IMG/VR virus record: IMGVR_UViG_3300042390_000257
Coordinates: 2,477 to 66,476 of that record
Direction: 5' to 3' (one strand)
From: a virus
DNA length: 64,000 nt
This document shows positions 1 through 8,236 of this stretch, piece after piece. Every line of letters begins with the position of its first letter. Within the stretch, counting starts at the first letter, position 1. The position numbers and the translations under genes are program-made. Below the pieces are notes generated by a model that was not told where the DNA came from, searched no databases, and worked only from the letters and a program-made list of their open reading frames with translations.

Positions 1-37
1 CAACCAATCTCAACCAACCAACCAACCAACCAACCAA
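1..37 (+). repeat. (CAAC)n tandem repeat forming a C/A-rich, G-free 5' leader of the first ORF
   Basis: caaccaaccaaccaaccaaccaacca runs into AAAGGA and the ATG at 49. Confidence 0.8.
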
Positions 38-48
38 AGGAATCAACC

Positions 49-534
49 ATGGGACTTGACCAATACCTGTCAGCCAAGAAAACATTCAGCAACAGCCAGT
101 GGGGCAAGGATGAGGAGCGCCGAATACACGCCGAGATCGTCTCGGCGGTAGATGCATCCAGCATCCTTGAAGCCGACCACCCGTATGTCGTCGTGGAGAT
201 CACCGTGGCGTACTGGCGCAAGGCTCGTGCCATCCACGACTGGTTCTTGAGCAACTGTGTCTACGCCAACAACGCTGGCTACTCATTCCATGTCACCCGT
301 GACGAGTTGTGGGCGCTCCACGACCTCTGTGTTGTCATCCCGTTCGGGCTGGCAGTACATGGCGACGAGTACGCCGATTCACGCATCCCGAACCCGTCAT
401 GGTTCGGTGGGGGCGACGAGAAGTACGGCGACTGGTACAAGGAGAGCCTCAAGTACACCGCCGATGTCATCTTCAAGTTGCTCTCGGATGGCAAGAACGA
501 GAACTTGAGTTTTGAGTACTCGTGGTCAGAGTGA
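49..534 (+). CDS. Conserved phage hypothetical protein (MGLD...YWRKxxxIHxWF type)
   Basis: 161-aa ORF, AAAGGA SD, MGLDQY and YWRKARAIHDWF motifs recognised from a widespread phage family. Confidence 0.8.
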   Translation: MGLDQYLSAKKTFSNSQWGKDEERRIHAEIVSAVDASSILEADHPYVVVEITVAYWRKARAIHDWFLSNCVYANNAGYSFHVTRDELWALHDLCVVIPFGLAVHGDEYADSRIPNPSWFGGGDEKYGDWYKESLKYTADVIFKLLSDGKNENLSFEYSWSE

Positions 535-540
535 CCAGTG

Positions 541-565
541 GCGGTGTCCCGAGTCGGGACACCGC
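541..565. repeat. Palindrome copy 1: GCGG-TGTCCCGAGTCGGGACA-CCGC
   Basis: 25-bp inverted repeat starting 6 bp after the stop of 49..534. Confidence 0.95.
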
Positions 566-628
566 ACACTTCAACCATAAGAAATCGTTATACCTACATC
601 AACAACAACGCCGAGGAGGCAAACAAAA

Positions 629-871
629 ATGAAAGACCAACAGCACTACGAGATAGAAATCTTCAGACTCGGTTTCGGGAGTTGGTTCTCTCGGGTGTAC
701 ATCGTGCATCCAAACCCATTCGCTGACCCGATCAGAACGCAGTGGTTCACCCGTAACACACTGACCAAGGGTGGCGCCAAGCGAGAGATCAATCGCGTAC
801 TCCGTGATGAGGCAATCATCTCATCGGGCGAGCCGACATTTCAAAGCACCATCACCAAGGAGGAAAAATGA
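629..871 (+). CDS. Hypothetical protein
   Basis: 80-aa ORF, GAGGAGG SD, ATGA coupling to next gene. Confidence 0.75.
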   Translation: MKDQQHYEIEIFRLGFGSWFSRVYIVHPNPFADPIRTQWFTRNTLTKGGAKREINRVLRDEAIISSGEPTFQSTITKEEK

Positions 872-1146
872 GTAACCATTTTGCGAAAGCCACTGCGGAG
901 TTTGAGTTTCAGTACCGCATCGTGCAGACAGAGCGCGAGTTGCGAAGCGCCCAAGAGGACTACGAGTACGAGACTCGTACCCTCTGCAAGTTGGCAACCG
1001 AGCGCCTGAACGACAACATCGGTCGGGGCACGGAAGTCCTTGTCAGCAAGGCTGGGCGCCTGCTCGCACTTGAGACCAAGATTGCTGACCTCGCCCGTCA
1101 GTACGAATGGCTCATAGTGCTCAAGCAAGCACACCTTGATGCCTGA
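868..1146 (+). CDS. Hypothetical coiled-coil protein
   Basis: 92-aa ORF with AAGGAGG SD. Confidence 0.75.
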   Translation: MSNHFAKATAEFEFQYRIVQTERELRSAQEDYEYETRTLCKLATERLNDNIGRGTEVLVSKAGRLLALETKIADLARQYEWLIVLKQAHLDA

Positions 1147-1153
1147 CCAGTAT

Positions 1154-1182
1154 GGTGAGTGTCCCGAGTCGGGACACTCACC
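1154..1182. repeat. Palindrome copy 2: GGTGAG-TGTCCCGAGTCGGGACA-CTCACC
   Basis: 29-bp inverted repeat just after the stop at 1146, followed by GATAGTGA. Confidence 0.95.
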
Positions 1183-1232
1183 TACAATGGCGATAGTGAC
1201 TGATTAACCACCACCAATTAAAGGAGCCACCA

Positions 1233-2828
1233 ATGGCACTAAGTGACCGCACCAACGCCCGAAGCGCCCAAGACATCCTCGCTGAGGCTGTCGCCAAGGT
1301 CAGCACGGGCTTACGCCCATTCAGCAACCGCATCGCCCCTGAGGGCATCGTAGAGCACACGCTCGCAATCACCCCGATGCCTCACCAGTTAGTCATCGGT
1401 GAAGCCGTCAAGGCTGGGCACACTCGCCTGCTCATCGCTGACGACATGGGCGTAGGTAAGACCTACAGCGCCCTGTTGGCGCTGGATGAGTTGACCGCCT
1501 ACCCTGCGCTCATCGTGTGCCCACCAGCACTCGTGATCAACTGGGAACGCTCCATCAAGACTGCCCTGCCCCACCGCTCGGTGTCTCGCATCTCGGGTCA
1601 GAAGCCCACGAGTGTCCCCAACACGGACATCGTCATCTGTCCCGACAGCGTCATCCAGTATTGGGCGCTGGCTCCAGTCGCCCAAGTCAATTCATGGGCA
1701 CGAGCCAACCAAGGCAAGAAGCGTGAGCAACGGACACCGAAGCCCGTCAACATCCTCGCCAGTCACCCGTGGGCTGGCTTGGTGCAGGATGAGGCTCACC
1801 GCTCCAAGACCGAGGACTCGGGTCGGAGCAAGGCGATGGTCACCATTGCCAAGAACCTCAACCCCGAGGCGCCCGTGCTGTTGCTCTCGGGCACACCGTT
1901 GTTGTCCCGACCAGTGGAGTTGATTCCGCTCCTCAACATCCTCGGTCACCTGCCGAGGTTCGGTGGCGCTAGTCGCTTCAAGACTCGCTACTGCGACCCC
2001 GTGTTCAACGGCTGGGGAACGACCTTCAATGGCGCCACCAATGTCAAAGAGTTGAACGAGCAACTCACCCAGTGGGTGATGATTCGGCGCAAGCGTGAGG
2101 ATGTCATCATCCTCCCCGAGTTCTCTCGGTACATCACGCCCGTCGCATTGACTGGCAAGGCTGTCACGGACTACAAGCGAGCCGTGCGAGACCTTGAGGA
2201 GTTCCTCCAAGAGAAGCGAGACGACGACAAGTTCTCGCTCAACGACCGTGCCCACGCCATCGTTCTGCTCGGTCAACTCCGACAGATCGCTGGTCTTGGC
2301 AAGGTCAGCACCGCCGTGGATGCCACGGTCAGCCTCTTGGATGAGGGCGAGCAAGTGTTCCTCGTGACCGCCCACAAGGAGGTCGCTTGGAAACTCCGTG
2401 AGTCCCTCATCGCTGAGGGCATTGACGCCCGTACCATCGTCTCCGTCACTGGCGACGACTCGGGCAAGCAGAAGCAGGATGCCGTTGACAAGTGGCAGGC
2501 AGGCACGGCTCGTGTCCTGATCGGCAACATTCAAGCAGTCAGCGAGGGCTTGACCATGACCTCAGGTGCAACGATGATCACGGTTGAATTGCCGTGGACA
2601 CCGTCAGCGCTCAAGCAAGCCGAGGCTCGGCTCCATCGGTACGGGCAGACACGCCCGTGCACCAACAACATCCTCGTGAGTGCCCTTGATGGCGACTCGT
2701 CGGTTGACGAGCGTTTATGGGGCATGCTGGAAGGCAAGGCAGGCGTCGTCGGCGCCATCCTTGACGACTCAGCCGAGACCTTAGTCGGCGGTTCCACAGC
2801 CAATGAATTGCTGGATTCGTACCGCTGA
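1233..2828 (+). CDS. SNF2-family (HARP/SMARCAL1-like) DNA helicase/translocase
   Basis: DDMGVGKT (Walker A), DEAH, SGTP, QAEARLHRYGQ (motif VI). Confidence 0.92.
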   Translation: MALSDRTNARSAQDILAEAVAKVSTGLRPFSNRIAPEGIVEHTLAITPMPHQLVIGEAVKAGHTRLLIADDMGVGKTYSALLALDELTAYPALIVCPPALVINWERSIKTALPHRSVSRISGQKPTSVPNTDIVICPDSVIQYWALAPVAQVNSWARANQGKKREQRTPKPVNILASHPWAGLVQDEAHRSKTEDSGRSKAMVTIAKNLNPEAPVLLLSGTPLLSRPVELIPLLNILGHLPRFGGASRFKTRYCDPVFNGWGTTFNGATNVKELNEQLTQWVMIRRKREDVIILPEFSRYITPVALTGKAVTDYKRAVRDLEEFLQEKRDDDKFSLNDRAHAIVLLGQLRQIAGLGKVSTAVDATVSLLDEGEQVFLVTAHKEVAWKLRESLIAEGIDARTIVSVTGDDSGKQKQDAVDKWQAGTARVLIGNIQAVSEGLTMTSGATMITVELPWTPSALKQAEARLHRYGQTRPCTNNILVSALDGDSSVDERLWGMLEGKAGVVGAILDDSAETLVGGSTANELLDSYR

Positions 2829-2834
2829 CTAACA

Positions 2835-2863
2835 GGGGAGTGTCCCGACACGGGACACTCCCC
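2835..2863. repeat. Palindrome copy 3 (variant centre): GGGGAG-TGTCCCGACACGGGACA-CTCCCC
   Basis: 29-bp inverted repeat with 3-nt ACA loop, 6 bp after the helicase stop, followed by GATAGTGA. Confidence 0.93.
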
Positions 2864-2908
2864 ACAAATCAAGATAGTGAACACCAACCCATAAGGAGAA
2901 CCACCACC

Positions 2909-3808
2909 ATGTCCACCACCTACAGCACTGAAGCCACGCCCAAGCAAGTCCAGTTCCTGCTCTCACTGTGGAAGCAACTCAACGAGGTAGTCGTTGACAC
3001 TCAAGACCCAGCCAGCAACTGGTCGGGCGACGAGGCTCAGACCGTCAAGGCTGACAACCTCTTATCTAAGACTCTCACTGAGTTAGATAAGGCAGTCGTT
3101 ACAAAGTTCGTCAACAGCGAGAAGATTGTCCTCAGCACGGTTGAGGTGATCGGGTTTGCCGAGGGCGCAGAGTCCATCGCCAAGTCAGAAATCTCCACGG
3201 CGATTGATGTGCTCAAGCGCCTGCTTGACTCAGCCAAGGCTGAACGAGCCACATGGGGCTTGCCCACGGTTGCCCCCGACTGGGTCAGCAAGTACCCAGC
3301 AGTCCCTGCCGATGCCGAGAAGGTCATTGAGGCGAAGTTTGCCAGCAAGTGCTCAGTCTGTGGCAAGCGTGACCAGTACATCGCTTACCTCAAAGGTGGC
3401 TGGAGTGCCCTGTGCCAGTCTTGCGCCCACACTGACGGCAAGACTGACGACCGCATTGACGAGGGCATCCAGCGAGTCCTGACAGCCGTTGGCAAGGGCA
3501 ACGCCAAGGCTGGCAATGTCGGTCTCGCAGTGCCCGATCTTGACGAACTTGACGGGTTCGCTTACTACCGAGTCAGTCGCTCAGGCGTTGCCAAGGTCAT
3601 CGGTGGCTCGCACTTCAACTCAGTGCAGAACCTCCCACAAGCCAAGCAAGATGCAGTGCTTGCCGATCTAGTCAGGCACGACCTGCCCGAACTGGCTCGT
3701 GCGTTCGGTATCCACTTCAAGGTCTGCGGTGTGTGCGGTCGCACACTCAAGGATGAGCACAGCCGAGCCATCGGCATCGGCTCTGACTGCCTCGCTGGTC
3801 TTGGCTGA
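2909..3808 (+). CDS. Zinc-ribbon protein with C-terminal DUF6011-like domain
   Basis: AAGGAG SD before ATG 2909; ATPKQ N-terminus; CSVC/CQSC; C-terminal CGVCGRTLKDEHSRAIGIGSDC. Confidence 0.8.
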   Translation: MSTTYSTEATPKQVQFLLSLWKQLNEVVVDTQDPASNWSGDEAQTVKADNLLSKTLTELDKAVVTKFVNSEKIVLSTVEVIGFAEGAESIAKSEISTAIDVLKRLLDSAKAERATWGLPTVAPDWVSKYPAVPADAEKVIEAKFASKCSVCGKRDQYIAYLKGGWSALCQSCAHTDGKTDDRIDEGIQRVLTAVGKGNAKAGNVGLAVPDLDELDGFAYYRVSRSGVAKVIGGSHFNSVQNLPQAKQDAVLADLVRHDLPELARAFGIHFKVCGVCGRTLKDEHSRAIGIGSDCLAGLG

Positions 3809-3812
3809 TCGG

Positions 3813-3847
3813 TTGGGGTTGAGTGCTGTGGTGGCGCTCAACCCCAA
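3813..3847 (+). terminator. GC-rich hairpin (terminator-like, no U tract) abutting palindrome copy 4
   Basis: TTGGGGTTGAGTGC-N7-GCGCTCAACCCCAA directly after the stop at 3808. Confidence 0.6.
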
Positions 3848-3848
3848 G

Positions 3849-3865
3849 TGTCCCGACTCGGGACA
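3849..3865. repeat. Palindrome copy 4 (core only)
   Basis: TGTCCCGACTCGGGACA. Confidence 0.95.
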
Positions 3866-3925
3866 GCACAACTACATCACACCCAATCGTTAGAACTACA
3901 TAACAACAAACAAGGAGAACCGCTC

Positions 3926-4282
3926 ATGAGCAAAATAATCAACCCAATCATCAACCAACAAGGGTGGGCGCTAGTCACCGACCCTGATCTTGACAACCCA
4001 GCATGGGTTCAGTTCCAGTCCTGCGAGTTTGTGGCGAATAAAACTGGCGACCTCGTCGCCTACCAGTTCCGTGGAGTCAACCGAACCATCTCTGAAGATG
4101 GGATGGCGTACTGGCACTGGACTGACATCGCCTTGATTACATACAGCGTGGAGCGCCCACTGCACTGGCTCGCTGATGTTGACGAGGTCACCATCTATGG
4201 CTTTGAAAAAATCACATGGGCAAGTCGTCGTGAAGACGAACTGCGAGAACAAGTAGCCATCAGCAGAGGAGAAGCGGTATGA
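3926..4282 (+). CDS. Hypothetical protein
   Basis: AAGGAG SD before ATG 3926; ATGA overlap with next ORF. Confidence 0.75.
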   Translation: MSKIINPIINQQGWALVTDPDLDNPAWVQFQSCEFVANKTGDLVAYQFRGVNRTISEDGMAYWHWTDIALITYSVERPLHWLADVDEVTIYGFEKITWASRREDELREQVAISRGEAV

Positions 4283-4464
4283 CCAAGTACATCGTTCACA
4301 TCGGAACAGGAACAATCATCAATGCCGACGAGTGTGTCGTCGTTGACCTAGACAAACTAGACGACCACGACACTGAGATTTTTGACGCGGGTTGGGATGA
4401 CGAGATCATTGAGGTCGCCCAGCGTGTCGGACAACAACTACAACCACAAGGAGAACCATCATGA
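4279..4464 (+). CDS. Small acidic hypothetical protein
   Basis: 61-aa ORF, translationally coupled on both sides. Confidence 0.7.
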   Translation: MTKYIVHIGTGTIINADECVVVDLDKLDDHDTEIFDAGWDDEIIEVAQRVGQQLQPQGEPS

Positions 4465-4715
4465 AGACAGTCACCATTACACAGTGGTACGAGTTCAGCG
4501 TTGTCGCTGAGGTGCAAGTGCCCGACGACTACGAGACCGTGGACATTCAGGAAGCCTTTGAAGACTTCCCGATCAGCATTGAAGTCAAAATGCGAGACGA
4601 TGAGGGTTGGTTTGGAGAAGACCACGCCGTCATCTCGTACGCCACCGAAGACCTGACCACCACTGGTGGCATTGAAGTAATTGAACCCGAACAACCCGAA
4701 GGAGAACCAGCATGA
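4461..4715 (+). CDS. Small acidic hypothetical protein
   Basis: 84-aa ORF, AAGGAG SD, ATGA overlaps. Confidence 0.7.
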   Translation: MKTVTITQWYEFSVVAEVQVPDDYETVDIQEAFEDFPISIEVKMRDDEGWFGEDHAVISYATEDLTTTGGIEVIEPEQPEGEPA

Positions 4716-4942
4716 GCAAGCCCACCGCCCAACAGATCATTGAGGAACACAGCACGATAATTGTCACCGCATTGGAGGACTACCGAGAGTGGTGGTCAAA
4801 CAATGACGACGCAGAGGTCGTCGCTCAGATTGACGAAGCGATTGATGCGATCAACGGCTTCAGCGCCGAGGACTCAACGCTGGTGGCAACGCCTCCGTTT
4901 TATACACACCCCGACAGCAACGCATTCATTAGTTGGGACTGA
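4712..4942 (+). CDS. Hypothetical protein
   Basis: 76-aa ORF, AAGGAG SD. Confidence 0.7.
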   Translation: MSKPTAQQIIEEHSTIIVTALEDYREWWSNNDDAEVVAQIDEAIDAINGFSAEDSTLVATPPFYTHPDSNAFISWD

Positions 4943-4944
4943 TC

Positions 4945-5103
4945 ATGAGCGACGACTGGTACTGCTGTGAGTCCACGGGCGTCAAGCCCGTGGGCTTCAC
5001 CTACCACCCCAATGTCACCGTGTGCGATGCATGCGGTTTGAAGTTCCCGTACTACGACTGCGAGTGCGAACTTGTCCACGACTGTCCCGAGTCGGGACAG
5101 TAA
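4945..5103 (+). CDS. 52-aa Cys-rich protein (not in ORF track)
   Basis: Translated by hand: MSDDWYCCESTGVKPVGFTYHPNVTVCDACGLKFPYYDCECELVHDCPESGQ*; fills the gap between genes. Confidence 0.6.
   Translation: MSDDWYCCESTGVKPVGFTYHPNVTVCDACGLKFPYYDCECELVHDCPESGQ
5081..5101. repeat. Palindrome copy 5: AC-TGTCCCGAGTCGGGACA-GT
   Basis: 21-bp inverted repeat overlapping the last codons of 4945..5103. Confidence 0.95.
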
Positions 5104-5133
5104 CTCTTACCTAACAACAACCTAAGGAGAACC

Positions 5134-5352
5134 ATGCAGGTGTACCAATTCCAAGTCAAGTGGAAAGACGACGCTCCCGAGACCGAGCCAGTGTGGCAGA
5201 ACTTTGCCATCGGTGAATACAACGAGGACACCGTTGACGATGACTTTGACAACACGATCTTTTACTACGCCGAGAGCGCCGAAGAGATCATTGCACTGAC
5301 CAACCCCGACAACGACGAAGACTTTTATGTCATAGGAGGCATTAACCAATGA
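5134..5352 (+). CDS. Small acidic hypothetical protein
   Basis: 72-aa ORF, TAAGGAG SD. Confidence 0.7.
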   Translation: MQVYQFQVKWKDDAPETEPVWQNFAIGEYNEDTVDDDFDNTIFYYAESAEEIIALTNPDNDEDFYVIGGINQ

Positions 5353-5705
5353 GCAAGATTTGCTTTGAGATACTGACCGAGTTGCAGTACTACTCGGGCA
5401 TCGGTCAGAAGTGGGATTACTTCTACATTGAAGAAGAGTTAATCCCAGCCGACTGGAGCACCACCAGCCTTGACGACAAGTACGACTTCCTCAACGAGGG
5501 CGGTTACTGGCACTCGGGATACTCCACCGATGTCATTGATGAGTACGGCAAGATCGTTGATGTTGATGAGAACGGCGACGCGGGCGAGCAGGATGAAGTT
5601 GTCTGCTCCTGCGAGATCGTAGTAAGTCAGGAGAAGGAAGGATTTCTCCTCATTGGTTATTCGTTAGATAAGCAACCAAACAGTTACTTATACACAGAGG
5701 AGTAA
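5349..5705 (+). CDS. Acidic hypothetical protein
   Basis: 118-aa ORF, AGGAGG SD. Confidence 0.7.
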   Translation: MSKICFEILTELQYYSGIGQKWDYFYIEEELIPADWSTTSLDDKYDFLNEGGYWHSGYSTDVIDEYGKIVDVDENGDAGEQDEVVCSCEIVVSQEKEGFLLIGYSLDKQPNSYLYTEE

Positions 5706-5707
5706 TC

Positions 5708-5941
5708 ATGAATCCATTCAGCAAGTTAATCCTCATCGGCGCAGGAGTCAGCCTCGTGCTGGCTCTTGCGAGCCGAGATAGTGACCAGCCCACATGCAAG
5801 GTTGCCTTTCATGGCAACGGCACATGGGATGCCATTGGTTGGGACATCGCACTTGATGGTCTCAACAACTGTGACCTACCCATTCAGTATGGTGACGCTC
5901 CCGTCATCGTTAGTCCAAACGGAACATGGAGATACAAATGA
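5708..5941 (+). CDS. Small membrane-anchored or secreted protein
   Basis: Hydrophobic N-terminus LILIGAGVSLVLALA; GAGGAG SD. Confidence 0.65.
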   Translation: MNPFSKLILIGAGVSLVLALASRDSDQPTCKVAFHGNGTWDAIGWDIALDGLNNCDLPIQYGDAPVIVSPNGTWRYK

Positions 5942-8100
5942 GCAAGCCAATCATCAACCTGTCCCCCGAGGCGAAGCGTCGCCTCCAAACAGAACGCCGT
6001 CGCATCGCTCGTGATCAGAGCAAGAGCGCTCTTGTAGAGATGGAGAAAGCCCGTGGTGCGCTCCGTTCCGATTCTAGGAACCAAAGGAATCGCACCAAGG
6101 AATCACAGGGAATTGCCATCATACGCAACCTCGTGAGCCTGTGTCGTGCGGTCAATGCATCGTTCGGTGTCTCAGTACCGATTCACATGGGCGAAGCGCC
6201 TGTGGGCAGTAAATCACCAGTGGCATACACAGACGGCACAAAGATCGTCGTTAAGTACCCCATGCCAGTCACTGCCGATGAGGCTGGCAACACGGTGTAC
6301 ATCAATGACATTGAGTCGCTCAAGCGATTGGTCAGCGAGGTCAAGGCGCTCCAGTATCACGAACTAGGACACATTCTGTTCAGCCAGCACATCAACTGGA
6401 TGATGGCAGACTGTGGCTACGGCAACGAGGAGTGGGTCAAGAAGTACCCCACTCTGTCCCAAGAGACAGCCACAAGTGTGCGCCGTGCATGGAACATATT
6501 AGAAGATCAACGCATGGAAACTGCACTGGTCGCTCAGTCACCGTACCTCGCTCGCTACCTGACCTACTTGAGCGTCAACTGGATTCTCAATGAGGCGAAC
6601 TGGAGCACCGACAACGGTGGCATTGACAAGTCATCCGAGAAGGGAATCGCCTGCCAGTATTTGTTAGTTATCAATCGTCGGTTCTTACCCATAGAACTAC
6701 GCCGTAAGTCACGGAATAACTTCAACACTTACTTTGGCGATTACGCCACTGTCTCAGCCGAAGAAATTGTTCGGGAGTATTGCCGAGCAACATCGGTTGA
6801 AGACAAGGTCGTCGCTGTCATCAAGTTCCATCAGTTGCTCAAGGCGCTGGACATCGTTCCTCCACAGTTTGATGACCACACTGGTCATCCCCGTAATGGG
6901 AAGCGCCCCGTACAGGACTCGGCGGATTCGGCTGACGATCAGGATGAGGATGGCAAAGAGATCACCAAGGGTAAGTCTAAGGATAAGACTGAACCTAAGG
7001 ATGACGCCAAGGGTGACGACGAGTCAGAGGGAAGCGGATCGGGCGACCCACACGAAGGTGATGACGACGCACAGGATGGCGAAGGCTCATCTGCTGACGG
7101 TGACAACACCAATGACAGTGTGAACGAGAGTTCAAGCAACGCCGACGATGATGGTAAGTGCAACAACGATGGTGATGCCAACGATGATGGCGAGGGTGGT
7201 GGTGCTGGCGGTGACGGTGGCACGGAGAAGCCACAGCAAGACGCCGACGACGCTGGCACATCCGAGGATGACACGACCTCTGACCTCAAAGAATTGTTGG
7301 ATGAAATTGAGAACGAGATTCACAATGACTCCGACATTGAGGACACAGTCCGAGCCATCAACGAGGACTTCAACCGAGGTGACATCAAGCAACTCGCTCC
7401 TGAGTTGTCAGGCACGCCAATGGATGACGAGGGCGCCAACCGAGCACGGGACATTGCTTACCGACTCGGCACGGCGTTTGACTCGGCGTCATCGTCAGCC
7501 CTGCCAATTTGGGAAGAGGGTCATCGTGAGGGTGTCATCAACGCCTTCCGATACCGCACTCGCAACGCTGGCGACAACGAGTACCGTCGCACACTTACCT
7601 CAACGGGTAACACTGGCTTAGATATCGCCGTAACTCTTATGTTAGATACGAGCGGTTCAATGTCCAGTGTTGGTCGTGAGTTGGGCGTGAGCGGATTCGC
7701 CGTCAAGGAAGCCTGCGACCAAGTCGGCATTGACTGCACCGTGGTCACCTTTGACTCAGACTCGCAAGAGTTGTGGCGAGCGGTTGATCGCCATGTTGAG
7801 CCAGTCGCCTTAAAGCCAGGTGGTGGGACTAACCCCACAGGTGCATTCAATGTGTTGGATTCACACCGTGAGGAGCAGAAGTACCACCTCGTCATCATCC
7901 TCACGGATGGTGTTTGGAATGGCGATGTCAAGTGCCATGACTACGCCAGTGATGGTCGTGTGTTCTTGGGAGTCGCCTTTGGCGCTGAGGTTGACACTGC
8001 ATACCTCCTCAGGGTCGGTTGCGACCAAGTTGTCAACATTGACACAATAGAACAACTACCTGAAGTTGTCAGAAACTTTCTTCTGAACTTCCTTGGGTAG
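5938..8100 (+). CDS. VWA-domain protein (CobT-like architecture) with N-terminal HExxH metallopeptidase-like domain and acidic linker
   Basis: AYTDG and YHELGH motifs; NILEDQRME; D/G-rich linker; MIDAS LDTSGSM, GGT and LTDG. Confidence 0.88.
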   Translation: MSKPIINLSPEAKRRLQTERRRIARDQSKSALVEMEKARGALRSDSRNQRNRTKESQGIAIIRNLVSLCRAVNASFGVSVPIHMGEAPVGSKSPVAYTDGTKIVVKYPMPVTADEAGNTVYINDIESLKRLVSEVKALQYHELGHILFSQHINWMMADCGYGNEEWVKKYPTLSQETATSVRRAWNILEDQRMETALVAQSPYLARYLTYLSVNWILNEANWSTDNGGIDKSSEKGIACQYLLVINRRFLPIELRRKSRNNFNTYFGDYATVSAEEIVREYCRATSVEDKVVAVIKFHQLLKALDIVPPQFDDHTGHPRNGKRPVQDSADSADDQDEDGKEITKGKSKDKTEPKDDAKGDDESEGSGSGDPHEGDDDAQDGEGSSADGDNTNDSVNESSSNADDDGKCNNDGDANDDGEGGGAGGDGGTEKPQQDADDAGTSEDDTTSDLKELLDEIENEIHNDSDIEDTVRAINEDFNRGDIKQLAPELSGTPMDDEGANRARDIAYRLGTAFDSASSSALPIWEEGHREGVINAFRYRTRNAGDNEYRRTLTSTGNTGLDIAVTLMLDTSGSMSSVGRELGVSGFAVKEACDQVGIDCTVVTFDSDSQELWRAVDRHVEPVALKPGGGTNPTGAFNVLDSHREEQKYHLVIILTDGVWNGDVKCHDYASDGRVFLGVAFGAEVDTAYLLRVGCDQVVNIDTIEQLPEVVRNFLLNFLG

Positions 8101-8133
8101 GAGTTGTTATCCAAATAATTGAGAGATACCGTC

Positions 8134-8168
8134 TCTCCCCCACCTCAGTAGTACATGGGGTGGGGAGA
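8134..8168 (+). terminator. Hairpin (terminator-like) preceding palindrome copy 6
   Basis: TCTCCCCCACCTCA...TGGGGTGGGGAGA after the VWA gene. Confidence 0.55.
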
Positions 8169-8178
8169 TCGCAGTAAG

Positions 8179-8195
8179 TGTCCCGACTCGGGACA
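8179..8195. repeat. Palindrome copy 6 (core only)
   Basis: TGTCCCGACTCGGGACA; the 23-mer AAGTGTCCCGACTCGGGACAGCA is identical to copy 4. Confidence 0.95.
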
Positions 8196-8236
8196 GCAGT
8201 AATAACCTAAACCACCAAACCACAAGGAGAACCATC

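Noticed and set aside
1638-1911. Half-sites TGTCCCGA in the helicase gene (also near 16531 and 48908)
   Set aside because: Single 8-9 bp halves inside coding sequence, compatible with chance
1692-2534. Long antisense ORFs (also 56578..57138 and 57989..58519)
   Set aside because: Shadows of biased codon usage opposite well-supported genes, with no motifs or SD
2840-2908. ORF-track N-terminal extensions beginning MSRHGT/MSRLGT (also 3848, 538 and 15217)
   Set aside because: They are translations of the palindrome and leader. Strong SD sequences point to downstream ATGs.
6920-7290. GAT/GAC-rich low-complexity stretch as a DNA repeat element
   Set aside because: Explained by the acidic linker typical of CobT-like VWA proteins
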